A DNA stretch of 57,514 nucleotides from a virus: IMG/VR virus record IMGVR_UViG_3300031920_000146, positions 1 through 57,514 of that record; one strand, 5' to 3'. Within the stretch, counting starts at the first letter, position 1. Every line of letters begins with the position of its first letter. Positions 1 through 8,302 of this stretch are shown piece by piece. Below the pieces are notes generated by a model. The model had not been told where the DNA came from and did no database searches. It worked only from the letters and a program-made list of their open reading frames with translations. The position numbers and the translations under genes are program-made.

Positions 1-55
1 TCTGGTCTGAAGTTTTCTTTTTATCTGCGGCTGCTACATTTTTAGCTGCGGCAAT
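1..55. repeat. 55-nt terminal overlap, identical to 57460..57514 (and to 57277..57331); circular-closure overlap of the contig
   Basis: Exact string match read directly. Sequence after 57514 continues logically at position 56, with the reading frame preserved. Confidence 0.9.
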
Positions 56-316
56 TAATTGTGCTGTATTTTCTTTTTGTTGTTGCTTGCCAAGGCTTAT
101 TAAAGAATTGAATTTGCGAGTCTCGTTCTCTACTTGTATTATGCTTTTCTTTGCATTCTGAGCATCCTTATCTAGCTGGTCAAACCCTGAATCTGGAAGT
201 GTTTTCTTTAATTCCTGTGCTGCTGATAAAAGCTTTTGGAATTCAGCTACTATTTCCGAAAATACCTTTAAGGCTTCCGGCGTGATTATATCATTCTTTT
301 GAATTGTTCCGCTCAT
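1..316 (-). CDS. Tail tape measure protein, N-terminal segment (ORF crosses the circular junction and continues at 57514)
   Basis: Minus-strand frame is open from ATG 316..314 (in-frame stop at 328..326 just upstream) down to position 1. The codon starting at 55 is in phase with the codon starting at 57514, giving ...NTAQL/IAAAKNVAAADKKKTSDQKKNMSDW.... The gene follows the chaperone pair. Confidence 0.7.
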   Translation of the reverse strand, partial: MSGTIQKNDIITPEALKVFSEIVAEFQKLLSAAQELKKTLPDSGFDQLDKDAQNAKKSIIQVENETRKFNSLISLGKQQQKENTAQLIAAAKNVAAADKKKTSDQ

Positions 317-1019
317 TGTTCTCTTTTATATCTTTCAATACTCCTACCCACTCTTCAAGTAAAATATTTCCATCAATAGAATATCCCTGCTTTCTTATCT
401 GTGCCAACATCATAAAGAAGTCGCTATGATTGCTTTCTTCTTCTGTATTTTTTAAGTTTCTTAGTTCATAGTTAGTTATCCGTCCTTTTATCTTCTGTAA
501 TAGCTGCTCTGGATTATCACCTTTTATTCCAATCTCAGCCAATGCCTCGTAGCCTTCATCCATCCCAATGGTTGCTAATTGCAATCCTGTATTCATTATC
601 ACAAGGTCACAATCCCACGCAACATCTTTCCTTTTAGTTTTAAGGAATATTTCAAAAGAGCTTTCATCGATTTCGCGGAAATATCTTTCAACTATTTCCC
701 TCCATCTATTTTTTTGATGCTCTGGCTTTGCCTCGCCCAGAAGATTCATCGTTTTTACCCACTGATTGTTCAGTCGTTTTATTTCGGTTGCTAGTTCCTC
801 TGGATTTGAGATCAGTAGATTTTGTTGACTTTTTACTACTTGATTCAGGTTTTTCTGAATCTGGTAATACATTTTTGCTTTTATGGTCTCGAAACTTAAT
901 AATTTCGATAACTCCCCTTCCTCTGTCGACTGAATCTTTTTCCTCATAGTCATATAATCTACTGAAACCTCGTTGTGTCCATGTATGAAATTGAACATCC
1001 ACTTCCATGTGAGCTGCAA
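291..1019 (-). CDS. Tail assembly chaperone, downstream (+1) frame; own possible ATG starts at 953 or 947
   Basis: Helical, charged protein in the canonical slot between tail tube and tape measure. It overlaps ORF 706..1086 by about 310 nt, and its 3' end overlaps the TMP start by 26 nt. Confidence 0.5.
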   Translation of the reverse strand: MQLTWKWMFNFIHGHNEVSVDYMTMRKKIQSTEEGELSKLLSFETIKAKMYYQIQKNLNQVVKSQQNLLISNPEELATEIKRLNNQWVKTMNLLGEAKPEHQKNRWREIVERYFREIDESSFEIFLKTKRKDVAWDCDLVIMNTGLQLATIGMDEGYEALAEIGIKGDNPEQLLQKIKGRITNYELRNLKNTEEESNHSDFFMMLAQIRKQGYSIDGNILLEEWVGVLKDIKENNERNNSKE

Positions 1020-1086
1020 ACTTTATTGCTTTTTCTCGCATTACGTCTTTCTTCTGACGTTCTGTATTTCCACAATTACATCCCAT
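706..1086 (-). CDS. Tail assembly chaperone, upstream frame (G-like)
   Basis: ATG-initiated 126-codon ORF directly after ORF 1098..1559. It ends ...TCA AAA AAA TAG, an A7 run abutting the stop. The second half is low-complexity S/K/T-rich, so the extent of real coding is uncertain. Confidence 0.45.
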   Translation of the reverse strand: MGCNCGNTERQKKDVMREKAIKFAAHMEVDVQFHTWTQRGFSRLYDYEEKDSVDRGRGVIEIIKFRDHKSKNVLPDSEKPESSSKKSTKSTDLKSRGTSNRNKTTEQSVGKNDESSGRGKARASKK

Positions 1087-1097
1087 AACTTAAATTT

Positions 1098-1559
1098 TTA
1101 GTAACCTAATTGCTGTCTTATTCCTATCATTAATTCTGGAAATATTTGCTCCCTAAACTCCGATAAGTTTTCCTTTGTAAGTCCAAAAATTAATTGACCA
1201 CCATCCTTGCTGTGCTGTTCTTTAACTAGCCTTTCAAGATAATTAGTTTTGATATCAAAAGAATCCACGATTATATTGCCTTCCAAGTCAAAATCTATTA
1301 CAATACCTTGTTGAAAATTACCATGCAAATGCAAATCATACTGCCCGTAGTCAGCCAATGTGCCAAGTATCTGCTTTTCGTCTGAATAAGATTTCCACTT
1401 TAATATTCCTAATATGCTACCATCAGATGCTTCCCCTAAAAGCTGCTGCATCTTAATATGACCTATCAGGCTTTCTTTCTTTTTGACAACAGCACGCTTA
1501 AACACTTCCGTAATGTCAATCTTCTTAAACTTCTCTAATTGTTGCTCTATCTTGTTCAT
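1098..1559 (-). CDS. Hypothetical tail-module protein (153 aa)
   Basis: Compact ORF between the putative tube gene and the chaperone pair; no motif recognised. Confidence 0.6.
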   Translation of the reverse strand: MNKIEQQLEKFKKIDITEVFKRAVVKKKESLIGHIKMQQLLGEASDGSILGILKWKSYSDEKQILGTLADYGQYDLHLHGNFQQGIVIDFDLEGNIIVDSFDIKTNYLERLVKEQHSKDGGQLIFGLTKENLSEFREQIFPELMIGIRQQLGY

Positions 1560-1592
1560 TGAAAAGAAAGGGGTATTTTACGCCCCTTTATT

Positions 1593-2450
1593 TTATATTC
1601 CTGAAGCTACTGCACCACTCGATATTACCATCACCGTATCAGTTCTGTCAACAGGAGATGCTAGGTCAACATCACCAGCCATTCCGACACCTGTAATAGT
1701 GTACTGTCCTCTGACACTTGCACTCTCAACAGCCGAACTTACCGTTCCTGTTGCTATTGTCCAATCAGCAGATGTTAATCCTAATCCGCTAATCTGCTTA
1801 GACTGACCGCCACAATCGGCTGCTATGTCAACTACTATTGTAGTAGCTGTTGCTCCGGCAGAAACAGTTAATGTAACCTCAGTTAATCCATCAACATCAG
1901 CTAAGTCCCATGCCATTTTACGAGAGTAATCATATTCGTTTAGGTCTTTGTCTGACACCAAATCAACGACTACTTTAACCATTTCCCTGTCGCTCATTGT
2001 AGGCAATGTTGCCTTTTCAATGTTTACGTCTGCGATGCGAAGCGGAATAACATTTGTTCCTGCATCAATAGTGCGTCCTCTTATTACGTCACCATAATAC
2101 ATATATAATCCCTGTTGAAATCCACGGAAATTAAGCAATTGCTTTTTAACGCATTCGTTTAAGTCGAAGTGAGCAGAAAAGCGATAATCACCTTGTTCCA
2201 TTAGTTTCCTTGATCCATCGTCATAATCATGATAAGTTGGCTCAGTAGATAAATCCTCAAAGCCTTTCATGTTATGTAATGGGAATATCTGCTGTGCCTG
2301 AACAGCGTCCTCCATCGTTGCTTGCAATAGAAAATTTGCAGCAGTTGATGTGTTCCCGTCTATTGCAAAGCCCAATCCGGTAGGCTTACCGAATCTGCTG
2401 TTCTTGTCGCAATAGTTCTGTCCTGTGTAACCTGTAGTATCACATGCCAT
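1593..2450 (-). CDS. Putative major tail (tube) protein with Ig-like C-terminal region
   Basis: 285 aa, located upstream of chaperones and TMP as in siphoviruses. The C-terminal ~90 aa are T/S/V/G-rich and beta-strand-like (TLTVSAGATATTIVVDIAADCGG...YTITGVG). Confidence 0.5.
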   Translation of the reverse strand: MACDTTGYTGQNYCDKNSRFGKPTGLGFAIDGNTSTAANFLLQATMEDAVQAQQIFPLHNMKGFEDLSTEPTYHDYDDGSRKLMEQGDYRFSAHFDLNECVKKQLLNFRGFQQGLYMYYGDVIRGRTIDAGTNVIPLRIADVNIEKATLPTMSDREMVKVVVDLVSDKDLNEYDYSRKMAWDLADVDGLTEVTLTVSAGATATTIVVDIAADCGGQSKQISGLGLTSADWTIATGTVSSAVESASVRGQYTITGVGMAGDVDLASPVDRTDTVMVISSGAVASGI

Positions 2451-2454
2451 AATA

Positions 2455-2994
2455 TTAACAATTATTGTATTTTTTAATTTTTAAATCTTTAAATCGTATC
2501 TCAATAGCATCCAGGTGATCATTGAATATCGACCCATCAACTCCGTACACTGCTTCTTTACCCCAAAAAACTCTGTCGAATTTAGAATACTCAATGTCTT
2601 CAATCGAAGTAACGTCGAAATAATCACTCTTAGCTATGCTGGCCAATAAGTACTGCCAAATAGGATAAAGAATAGGCTTAAATGAATATTGATAACGCAA
2701 ATCACTAGTATAATTCTGATTAGTGTCAGTAACAATAACAATTTTTACTTCTGGGATGGTGTACTCAAACACGCCCCTGCCAGCAGATTGTTCCTCAAAG
2801 TCTTGGATCAATATAATCAAAGGATACTTCTTTTCTTTTTCAGAATCGTCAGTATCTTTAATCGTAAGCCGTTTTAGAATGTCCAGAATGTGACCATACA
2901 TATAATAAGGCTTTTCCTCACTATTATAAAGTAACTTAACGTTATCTACAACGCTTCCAAGAACATCTACGAAATATCTGCTATCAATTGTCAT
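2455..2994 (-). CDS. Hypothetical neck/tail-completion protein (179 aa)
   Basis: Position between head and tail modules; 4-nt overlap with the upstream ORF suggests translational coupling. Confidence 0.55.
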   Translation of the reverse strand: MTIDSRYFVDVLGSVVDNVKLLYNSEEKPYYMYGHILDILKRLTIKDTDDSEKEKKYPLIILIQDFEEQSAGRGVFEYTIPEVKIVIVTDTNQNYTSDLRYQYSFKPILYPIWQYLLASIAKSDYFDVTSIEDIEYSKFDRVFWGKEAVYGVDGSIFNDHLDAIEIRFKDLKIKKYNNC

Positions 2995-3602
2995 ATTCCA
3001 AATGCGTTAATCTTCCATAGAGGGGCGAAAACCCAATCTTCATAATCAGTTAAATTCGCCAATAGGAAATTAAATAAACTTGGTTCTGCGTTAATATGGG
3101 AGTAATTGCCATTATCAAGGAAAAAATCAGGATATCTTTTATAGTATCTGTTTTGTTTCCCATGAATATTTGCCAAATCATTCCATACACTAACCATTTT
3201 TACTATTGCCGAATGAGCGACTGAATTTTCACCCTTTCCTTTTCTCTCTCCTAAACCTGAATTGAAACTTTCAACATTCACTCTATTCTTATAGTATATA
3301 TAATTTGCTATCGGTGAAATCTTTTCATCATTCACTAATCCTTCCCATTTAGTATTTATAGTTCTACCATTGTACTCAAATGAGAATTCTGCACCGTTAA
3401 TCAACTCATTATAATTAGTGTACACACTAGCGTCTATTTCTGCCTGAACAGCTTTCCATAGCGTGTATCCAAGTAATAATTTTAGATATTCCGGTTCATA
3501 CCTTACTATTGCAGCGATTAATGGTGCTTTTAGTTCAGCTGTTGAACCAAATGGCACATTAATGTCGCGAACAAAATAACTTGTATCAATCAGGTTTGCC
3601 AT
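2991..3602 (-). CDS. Hypothetical head-tail connector protein (203 aa)
   Basis: Synteny only. Confidence 0.55.
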   Translation of the reverse strand: MANLIDTSYFVRDINVPFGSTAELKAPLIAAIVRYEPEYLKLLLGYTLWKAVQAEIDASVYTNYNELINGAEFSFEYNGRTINTKWEGLVNDEKISPIANYIYYKNRVNVESFNSGLGERKGKGENSVAHSAIVKMVSVWNDLANIHGKQNRYYKRYPDFFLDNGNYSHINAEPSLFNFLLANLTDYEDWVFAPLWKINAFGI

Positions 3603-3608
3603 TACTTA

Positions 3609-3887
3609 TTATTCTATTCCAAGTTCTTTTCTGCGGTCTACCAAAACTGAGATAACGCCTTTCCTTTCATCAGAATCAAATTGCTTCAATTCTTCATGGT
3701 CGGTTATGGCATTAATCAATTTAGCTGTTTCTTTAACGTTAATCGGAGGCTCTGGGTCAATAACAACTGAATTGGAACGTTTTTTCTTTACGATAAAAGC
3801 ATCCAACTCTTTGTTGTCAATCTCCAATTTCTCACAGATCAATCCAACAGCTAACCTAAACCTACGTGTTCCTCTAATATTTACCAT
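3609..3887 (-). CDS. Hypothetical head-module protein (92 aa)
   Basis: Tightly packed ORF downstream of the capsid gene. Confidence 0.55.
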   Translation of the reverse strand: MVNIRGTRRFRLAVGLICEKLEIDNKELDAFIVKKKRSNSVVIDPEPPINVKETAKLINAITDHEELKQFDSDERKGVISVLVDRRKELGIE

Positions 3888-3889
3888 AA

Positions 3890-4357
3890 TTAATTTCGTT
3901 TAGTATAAATATAAACCTTCGGAATCGTAACAGCAGTACCAGTTTGCAGATAAATTAACTTGTAATAAGGATATAGGTAGTTATCTAAACTAATTACTTC
4001 AGTATCCATTGCATCGGCCGTCAAACTAGTCACTGTTATAGTGTCTCCATTTGCCTGATAATTAACACCATCAATAGAGTTATAACCTATAATAGTACCA
4101 CCCGCAGTGCCAGAAACAAAATCAGAATATAATTTAATTGTGAAATCCTGAGTTTGCCCATATCTGGATGATGATTTTACCCTATAGACAAAATTTAGAG
4201 TATCGGCATTTGTCAAAGTATCCAATGTTGTTCCCCAGATATATTTATACGACTGAGATGAAATAGTAGCGTCAGGAGTAACCTCCGTTGGAGTAGTCTG
4301 TGCATTTGCTACAAAAACACTAACTACTAATGCTAAAATAAATAATAATTTTTTCAT
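3890..4357 (-). CDS. Hypothetical protein with N-terminal Sec-type signal peptide (155 aa), beta-rich
   Basis: MKKLLFILALVVSVFVANAQ followed by a T/S-rich beta-like sequence. It lies immediately after the major capsid gene (decoration-protein slot). Confidence 0.6.
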   Translation of the reverse strand: MKKLLFILALVVSVFVANAQTTPTEVTPDATISSQSYKYIWGTTLDTLTNADTLNFVYRVKSSSRYGQTQDFTIKLYSDFVSGTAGGTIIGYNSIDGVNYQANGDTITVTSLTADAMDTEVISLDNYLYPYYKLIYLQTGTAVTIPKVYIYTKRN

Positions 4358-4359
4358 GA

Positions 4360-5778
4360 TTATACTCCTTTATCAATTGTGTTAATATCGGCAGTTGGAT
4401 TTGTTGAAACAACAATTCCGGCAGGTTTTCCAACTCCAAATGCAGCTCTCATTTCAAATACAATAGTACGCATACCTTCAGTAAGGTCAGAACCATCCAA
4501 GCCAATTTCGAAGTTAATATCCTCACGGATACCAATTTCAGCAGCTTCGTTCCACATTACGGTTACTTTAGAAGTGGTCGGTATTTTGTTTTTGATAACA
4601 GCTAATCCGTGTACACGTACAAGATTACCCATAGTATCATAAACAATACCGCGAGCTTGCAAGTAGTTTTCATCCAGGTCTTTTAACCCTTCGATTTCAT
4701 CTATCTGAGTAGGATGAAGAACAACAGCATTAACATCTTGATCTGCATTGTAAGCTTGTAGCCTCATTTTGCGAATCAAGTCTACAATGTTAGCAGCCTC
4801 TACGGTATTTTCAAAAGTAGCAGCTACAAAAGCTGTGTAATTACCGGCAACATACATACCTTTAATATCGGTTGAATTATCTCCTGTTGCAGAGAAAATC
4901 CTTGTATCCAAAGTTGTCAAAATTTTGTCCGGTGCGATACGGTTCAATTTGCTAACTAAACGGTCAATATCTGCCAGATTCTCTTTCGATACTCTAAAGT
5001 GAGTAGCAATAGTGAATACTTTAAATTCAAGAGTTTTGAATTTCAATGAAGATTTTCCACTTGCAGTACCGTCTGCCGCCTTCAGTGCAGATCCATCAAA
5101 GTAAGTGTACTCAACAAGAACACCCATGTACTTGTCTACAATTGGGTCAGTTGGCAAGAATTGAATAGCATGAGTATCTTTCGTAAGATCGATAAGCACA
5201 TCACGCATTTTGTAATCGGTCAAGAAACCAATATTTACACCTGGGTCTTGTCCGGGAGTCAAAGTTAATGCAGTGGTCATGTCAATAGCAGCTTTTAAGG
5301 AAATCTTTGTGCTGTTATTGTCATATCCTTTCATCATTTTGGCTTTCTTCCCGCGAGTTGCATCCACAACATATTCTTCAATATGTCCAGCACCTTTTAA
5401 GGCATCATACAGCAATGTACCAAAGCCTTTTTTACCTTCTTTTTGCTCCAATTTGCCACCCTTCATCTCTTTAATTTCGAGTTGTGACTTTTTAAGGTCG
5501 TCCTGAACTTTTGCAAGATCGTCACTTACTTTCTTTAATTCAGCATTGGTAAAATCTTTCGATTTTTTCTCCAACTTCTCAAGCTCTGCATCTACTTCTG
5601 TTTTTGTCATTTTGCCAGCAGCAGCCTCAGTGGCAATCCTCTTGTACTCATCCTTGAATGAATCAAGTTGAGACTTGTTCCTATCAGATGTATAAGCCGC
5701 CAATTCCCCAGTTGATAAACCTTTTACTTGTTCATCATTGAGTTCAATAAACTTACCATCCTTCATCCAAATTTTCAT
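4360..5778 (-). CDS. Major capsid protein, HK97-like, with N-terminal coiled-coil delta/scaffold-like domain
   Basis: 472 aa. The first ~115 aa are K/E-rich coiled coil (..KTEVDAELEKLEKKSKDF..LKKSQLEIKEMKGG), followed by a globular domain. The gene directly follows the prohead protease. Confidence 0.8.
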   Translation of the reverse strand: MKIWMKDGKFIELNDEQVKGLSTGELAAYTSDRNKSQLDSFKDEYKRIATEAAAGKMTKTEVDAELEKLEKKSKDFTNAELKKVSDDLAKVQDDLKKSQLEIKEMKGGKLEQKEGKKGFGTLLYDALKGAGHIEEYVVDATRGKKAKMMKGYDNNSTKISLKAAIDMTTALTLTPGQDPGVNIGFLTDYKMRDVLIDLTKDTHAIQFLPTDPIVDKYMGVLVEYTYFDGSALKAADGTASGKSSLKFKTLEFKVFTIATHFRVSKENLADIDRLVSKLNRIAPDKILTTLDTRIFSATGDNSTDIKGMYVAGNYTAFVAATFENTVEAANIVDLIRKMRLQAYNADQDVNAVVLHPTQIDEIEGLKDLDENYLQARGIVYDTMGNLVRVHGLAVIKNKIPTTSKVTVMWNEAAEIGIREDINFEIGLDGSDLTEGMRTIVFEMRAAFGVGKPAGIVVSTNPTADINTIDKGV

Positions 5779-5781
5779 ATT

Positions 5782-6618
5782 TTAATTTTTTAAAAGTGAT
5801 AAATAAAAATTTCTTTTCTCGTTTTGAGTGTCCTGTTTTGACGGCTCGGTATCCTGTTTGTGAGTGTCCTGTTTTGACGGCTCACTTTTGTTATTTTCTA
5901 ATGTAGGTGTCACAAAATTGCTACCCATTGGAACCGCACTGCCTTCAATTGCCTTAGCTTCCAAAACATACCAAAAATATCCTAGTTTTTCGGCAGTGTC
6001 CTTATTGGCTATGTCTGGATAGTATTTGTTCCATGCTTCGAATTCATTTGGGTAATCTTCGTTATTGATAGCCAGGTCATACTTAATGTAACGCATTCCT
6101 ACCGAATGATTTTTAACCCATCCATTCGCGTATTGATTAAACATTTCTTCATTACGCTTCTTTTCGATTGTAGATTCAAAAACTAAAGCCTGCGTTTTGC
6201 CTTCAAAGTTATAACCAAGCTCTGACCAAGAATAATCTTTTGTGTAAGCCTTTAGATTTTTACCATCTGAAATAATACTTGAAAATGCCATTCTATGCTC
6301 CTGCAAGTGCATTATACTTTTGTTTTCACTTAGGCTTTTTTTCCAAATACCCCTAATATGAACATCAGAATGCGAATCCATCAAATTAGTTGTATTGATA
6401 ATTACAATTACTTTAATTTCATCCATATTACTGGCATCAAAAGACTCATTAGCCTTGGCAGCATCTTCTTTTGACCTTACAATTGTTGGAGAAAAAGAAA
6501 TACAGTCGGCTTTTTTTAGCTCAGCCATTTTTTGTGCTGCTAAACTATTCTTGTTTTTGTATAAAAACTTAAATAGCTCTTCTTTTGTTTTGAATTTATC
6601 TTCGTCAAATAGTTCCAT
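5782..6618 (-). CDS. Prohead maturation protease (HK97-type, S78/U35-like)
   Basis: 278 aa between portal and capsid. The C-terminus carries short EPSKQDT repeats (nt repeat near 5828..5885). The family call rests on synteny and general resemblance. Confidence 0.65.
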   Translation of the reverse strand: MELFDEDKFKTKEELFKFLYKNKNSLAAQKMAELKKADCISFSPTIVRSKEDAAKANESFDASNMDEIKVIVIINTTNLMDSHSDVHIRGIWKKSLSENKSIMHLQEHRMAFSSIISDGKNLKAYTKDYSWSELGYNFEGKTQALVFESTIEKKRNEEMFNQYANGWVKNHSVGMRYIKYDLAINNEDYPNEFEAWNKYYPDIANKDTAEKLGYFWYVLEAKAIEGSAVPMGSNFVTPTLENNKSEPSKQDTHKQDTEPSKQDTQNEKRNFYLSLLKN

Positions 6619-6728
6619 GACGTTATTTTTTAATTATTTCGTTCCGGTCAATTTTATCCTGTTTCATTTTGCGAAGTTTTTCAATTTCTTTTTTATCAAA
6701 CTTCTTCCCTTTGCCTGTTTCGGTATCA

Positions 6729-8141
6729 TTATCCGTTTTCATCAGTATTTGAATTTAAAGTATAATTACCTTTTATTTTGAAAATATCTTCATCTGACAT
6801 TTCGGTAATTCGTATTTTAGCCCAAGGTTTATCAATAGCTGCTACGCCTAGTGCCTGTAGCCAGTAATTATAAGTTGTAGCTCCCGAAAAGAACAATTCT
6901 TTCTGAACTGTATTTATATTCTTATTAATTTCTGAACGGTCTTTTACATTTTCTTGTAGAACAGGAATATGATCAAAACTAACAATGTATTCATAATTGA
7001 AATCCCTACATTTTAACCAGTTGTTGATGTCCTCCCATCTATCATTCTCTTCTGGGATCGTAGTATTTTGGTACATCCTGCGCTCAGAACTTTCCTGATT
7101 CTCAAATGTAGCTCCTTTCATGTACAGCTTAACAAGTACTTCTGGGACTCCATATCTTTCAGCTACTATCATGCCATCTGATGCTATTTCATTTAAAAGA
7201 CCAAGTTTTCTTACGTCCTGATCAATATTATGAACAGCAATATTCTGACGAGTAACCATGAATTGCTTTTGGCCTTTCATGAATCCATAACCTTCCGGGC
7301 CTGTCAAATCTTCCTGGACTTCTTTCTTTTCATCATCATCCATTGGGATAGCACCAAGATTGCCATCCTTACTTGCATTGGAGATAATTGCTCTCATGCC
7401 ACGATCAGATGCAATCGCATTTCTACTCTCGTAAGCTATTTTAATATTAGACAAAGGCCATGTAAGAGAGACTTGACGAGATTCACCTAATATCAAATCA
7501 TCGGTTGATCTTAATCTTACATTCGGCTCCTTCCGGTGAAGTATTTCATTTGTAGAAAAATCTTTCTTATACGTTCCCCACTGCCATTCCCATCCTTTTA
7601 GAATAGAATCAAGACTTGCAGCATCAAAATATTTTCCGGTTATTGACGGCTTCATATATTGTGGCCACACCCCCCACATATAAGCAATGTCTTTAATATT
7701 TACATCATTAGTTACGCTATTACCGTAAATGTAGGCATTCCCGAAAACATCTTTAAAAATAGATGCTAATGAAAGAAATTCTTTTGTAGATTGAAGTGGG
7801 TTTGGATTATTTTTTAGCCGGAACATAGATCTTAGAATCGCATCGCTTGATTTGCTTTTCTTAAAATCTTTATCAGTGATTATTTCGCCTGTTATAATGT
7901 TTCTTACACTGACAGTTGCATTTGCAGAATAATCAGCCTTGATATTAATAACAGACGACAAGACTGGATTTATTCGATATTCATTTTCTAATGCAGTGTA
8001 GTTATTAAGAGTAGTGAATCTGGCATTTCCACCCATTAAGGCAGTGGCCATATTTGTCAATGAAATGTTAGGAACAGACTTCGAAATCGTTCCACCAATT
8101 AATTTTTGAGCACCCCAGAGCTTAATCCTATCAAAAGCCAT
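6729..8141 (-). CDS. Portal protein
   Basis: 470-aa ORF immediately downstream of the large terminase and upstream of protease/capsid. Confidence 0.8.
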   Translation of the reverse strand: MAFDRIKLWGAQKLIGGTISKSVPNISLTNMATALMGGNARFTTLNNYTALENEYRINPVLSSVINIKADYSANATVSVRNIITGEIITDKDFKKSKSSDAILRSMFRLKNNPNPLQSTKEFLSLASIFKDVFGNAYIYGNSVTNDVNIKDIAYMWGVWPQYMKPSITGKYFDAASLDSILKGWEWQWGTYKKDFSTNEILHRKEPNVRLRSTDDLILGESRQVSLTWPLSNIKIAYESRNAIASDRGMRAIISNASKDGNLGAIPMDDDEKKEVQEDLTGPEGYGFMKGQKQFMVTRQNIAVHNIDQDVRKLGLLNEIASDGMIVAERYGVPEVLVKLYMKGATFENQESSERRMYQNTTIPEENDRWEDINNWLKCRDFNYEYIVSFDHIPVLQENVKDRSEINKNINTVQKELFFSGATTYNYWLQALGVAAIDKPWAKIRITEMSDEDIFKIKGNYTLNSNTDENG

Positions 8142-8160
8142 TGATATTATTTATGGTTTG

Positions 8161-8181
8161 CACAAAGTTATAGATAAAATC
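8161..8181 (-). promoter_or_regulatory. Late promoter-like box (minus strand GATTTTATCTATAACTTTGTG; -7 element TAACTTTG) 21 nt upstream of the portal ATG
   Basis: The same 21-mer recurs at 53509..53529 and a near copy at 15453..15471, each in front of a late-operon start. TAACTTTG fits the Bacteroidota TAnnTTTG -7 consensus. Confidence 0.5.
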
Positions 8182-8302
8182 GAATTATGCAAAATCTATC
8201 ATAAATAAAATTGAATAGATAAAATCTATCAGTTTTCACAAAAAGAAAGAGAGAATCTATTGACTCCCTCTTTTGCTTCATTTTTAATGTGATTTTATGG
8301 TT

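Noticed and set aside
1-55. Treating the 55-nt end duplication as a biological direct terminal repeat of the virion DNA.
   Set aside because: The length equals a common assembler k-mer. The duplication lies inside a coding tandem repeat, and the ORF is continuous across the join. An assembly overlap of a circular or circularly permuted genome is the simpler reading, and only read-end analysis can settle it.
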